DNA of 64,000 bases from NCBI GenBank assembly GCA_918797485.1, contig CAKKNE010000002.1, positions 248,001 through 312,000 on the forward strand, read 5' to 3'. A program made the position numbers and the translations under genes. The DNA comes from Pelagomonas calceolata (Eukaryota). Positions 62,045-64,000 of this stretch are shown here, in pieces; position 1 is the stretch's first letter; the number at the start of each line of letters is the position of its first letter. The notes under the pieces were generated by a model that worked only from the letters and a program-made list of their open reading frames with translations, was not told where the DNA came from and ran no database searches.

Positions 62045-63019
62045 TCAAACAAAGAGCACCGCCGCGGCCGCCAGGCAGCCGACCATGGCTCTGCCGACGA
62101 CGCGGCCCGCACCCCCGCGCATCGCGGCACTGGTGCTCAGGGCGCCGGTGCAGTTGCCCTCGCTCGCGAGAAAGCACGGCGTCCCGTGGCCTTCGACGTT
62201 CGAGCCGCGCGAGTCCCAGCAGGGGCATTCCAGGGTAAATGGACCGGAACCGTGGACGGTTTCGATGACGACCGGCTCGTCTTGACACGCGTCGTAGAGA
62301 CTCCTGCACTGGTCCACCGTCACCGGGTAGGTAGACGCGTCGCCGAAGCAGCCCATCGTGAACGGGGGCGCATCCGTCAGCGTGTAGTAGTACACCGGCT
62401 CTCCTCCGCTGTCCGGCGTCACGCCCACCCGCCCGCCGCAGGCGTCCAGGTCGTCGGGTTCGACGCCGCCATCAACGTGTTTGCCATAGAGGCCGTGGCC
62501 GTCGAGCGCCGTTCCGATGCGAGTGGAATGGCCCGTCGTCGCATCATCTTCGTAGAGGCAGCTCATCTTCTCGTGGTAATGATAGGGCGTGGCGTGGCCG
62601 CCGCAGAAGTCCAAAATCTCTCGGTCCTCGCAGCCGTCGATGGCGTGAAGCATGGCCTCGGCGAGTCGCGTGTCCATGCCCGCCGGCACGACGACATTTC
62701 CCAGGCACTCATGATTCTCGCTCGTGAACCCGGCCTCCATCGGACCGTAAATATTAGTCGCGGGCCGCGTCCCGCCGCGCCGATTCTCGACGGTCGGTCG
62801 CGTCGCGAGCGGACCCGCGTCTACGCAGCCCACATTTCCCCGCACTGGGATTGGCTTCAGGCCGGCGCCGATGTAGTCCGAGTCGCCAGCGAACCCACCT
62901 GCGTCTGGGCACTCAAAATGCGGGTTCCCACCACCACCACCCATGCCACCGTTGCCTCCTGGCTGGGCAAGGATCATGGGTGCGACCACGCCCAGCAATT
63001 TGGTGGTTCTGCATCCCAT
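62045..63019 (-). CDS. YHYH-domain secreted or membrane-anchored protein
   Basis: LDFCGGHATPYHYH, HSTRIGTALDGHGLYG, DLDACGG, YYYTLT..PFTMGCF; hydrophobic C-terminus. Confidence 0.85.
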   Translation of the reverse strand: MGCRTTKLLGVVAPMILAQPGGNGGMGGGGGNPHFECPDAGGFAGDSDYIGAGLKPIPVRGNVGCVDAGPLATRPTVENRRGGTRPATNIYGPMEAGFTSENHECLGNVVVPAGMDTRLAEAMLHAIDGCEDREILDFCGGHATPYHYHEKMSCLYEDDATTGHSTRIGTALDGHGLYGKHVDGGVEPDDLDACGGRVGVTPDSGGEPVYYYTLTDAPPFTMGCFGDASTYPVTVDQCRSLYDACQDEPVVIETVHGSGPFTLECPCWDSRGSNVEGHGTPCFLASEGNCTGALSTSAAMRGGAGRVVGRAMVGCLAAAAVLFV

Positions 63020-63320
63020 GATGCCGTTGGGCAGCCAGCGCAGCCAGGTGACCTGGCAGAGCACAACACGCCCGTGTGACGGAGAGCTGAGTTGGGGTGC
63101 TGTTTTTTTTTTTTGGAAGGGGGCAAAAGAGGGGAGTTCGGGAGCCCATCCGTCGGGCTAGGACAACGCCAGGCGGTCGCGATATCGATCCTGCCGTATT
63201 TTTACAGAATTCCGAAGTTCGATCGTGCAGCGATTCGTGCTCGCGGCGCCCAGCCATAGGAAGGAAGGAATGTCGACACATCCCGCGCCGTTCGACGTCT
63301 ATCCTAATACTTTATAACTA

Positions 63321-64000
63321 CTACAATTCGCGCGATCCGCCGTCGCGCAGGATGCCGAGGTTCTCGGCCGCCTCGGCCTTCTGGGCCTTGATCAATTCCC
63401 GGCGCTTGCGCTCGCGCCGCGCGCGCTTCTTCTGGAACTCGGGGTACTTGCTGGCGATGGGGCAGTTCGCGCAGCCGTTCGAGGGGCAGTTGCCGCAGCG
63501 CGTCTTCCGCCGCTCCGTCGACACAGCGAACATGGGGCAGTCGGGGCACTGGTTCGTCGGGCAGTTCTGGCAGCGCATCGCGTGGTTCGTCGAGATGTCG
63601 AGCAGCGCCCGGCCCGCGCCCTGCGTCGACGTGAGGCCCTCGTTGCCCACGAGGCGGCCCTTGAAGTTGTAGGTCGTCATGACGCCCTCGCGCTCGCGCT
63701 CGAGCTTCACGAGCTCGTCCCACGGCACGTAGTGGATGCAGTCGACGGGGCACGTCGCGATGGCCTCGGCGACCGTGTCGTCGTCGTCGCCCTCCTGGTT
63801 GAAGCTCCGCGCCCGCCCGTGGGCGTCCTCCATGAGGAACGTCAGCGGCGCGATCGTCGCGCACGACGTGCACCCGATGCACGTGACCTCGTCCACAAAG
63901 ACGTGCCGCGTCGCCGTCGTCACGGGGTCGCCGTCGTCGTCCACCTCGATGAGCTCGTGGCTCATGACGACACCTAAGCGCTCATCCACGTCGGCCTCCT
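63321..64000 (-). CDS. Ferredoxin (Fer4_13-type) domain protein of the DnaJ-Fer/CDJ3-5 family, 5' end beyond the window
   Basis: VFVDEVTCIGCTSCA..AP.TF..GRAR..QEGD..AIATCPVDCIHYVPWDELVKLE; open frame to the window edge; the J domain itself is not visible. Confidence 0.85.
   Translation of the reverse strand, partial: EADVDERLGVVMSHELIEVDDDGDPVTTATRHVFVDEVTCIGCTSCATIAPLTFLMEDAHGRARSFNQEGDDDDTVAEAIATCPVDCIHYVPWDELVKLEREREGVMTTYNFKGRLVGNEGLTSTQGAGRALLDISTNHAMRCQNCPTNQCPDCPMFAVSTERRKTRCGNCPSNGCANCPIASKYPEFQKKRARRERKRRELIKAQKAEAAENLGILRDGGSREL

Noticed and set aside
3080..63882. Many long Arg/Ala/Gly-rich ORFs overlapping real genes (for example 10605-12827, 32973-35351, 52431-54848)
   Set aside because: Shadow ORFs in alternative or antisense frames, caused by very high GC and few stop codons
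1..64000. Selenoprotein gene or SECIS element
   Set aside because: The two internal stops are TAG rather than TGA, and no convincing SECIS was seen

Overview
Gene-dense, very GC-rich eukaryotic nuclear DNA. It is inferred to come from a pelagophyte alga such as Aureococcus, based on ASAFAP-type bipartite plastid presequences, extreme GC3 and introner elements with 8-bp target-site duplications. About 29 protein-coding genes can be supported. The dominant hidden system is a family of non-autonomous DNA transposons acting as spliceosomal introns (introners). Each is bounded by the terminal inverted repeat CTGTGTGGAAATCAA...TTGATTTCCACACAG and an 8-bp target-site duplication (TSD). The element supplies the 3' AG, and the upstream TSD copy supplies a GT or GC donor, so splicing restores the reading frame exactly. 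I could reconstruct 18 such introns in genes plus one orphan copy, ranging from pristine to almost unrecognisable; only 2 introns lack the signature. Other notable signals: two nearby genes (fimbrin and a Myb/CW-finger gene) each interrupted by an in-frame TAG in the identical context CATGCGTTAGC; a ~17-copy 142-bp tandem array with an intron-like hairpin in every unit; a CTAG-bounded ~22-bp motif upstream of 5-6 genes; a dispersed non-coding repeat with permuted blocks; a shared 3'-flank hairpin; and small MITE-like elements. All calls were made by eye and no database searches were run.
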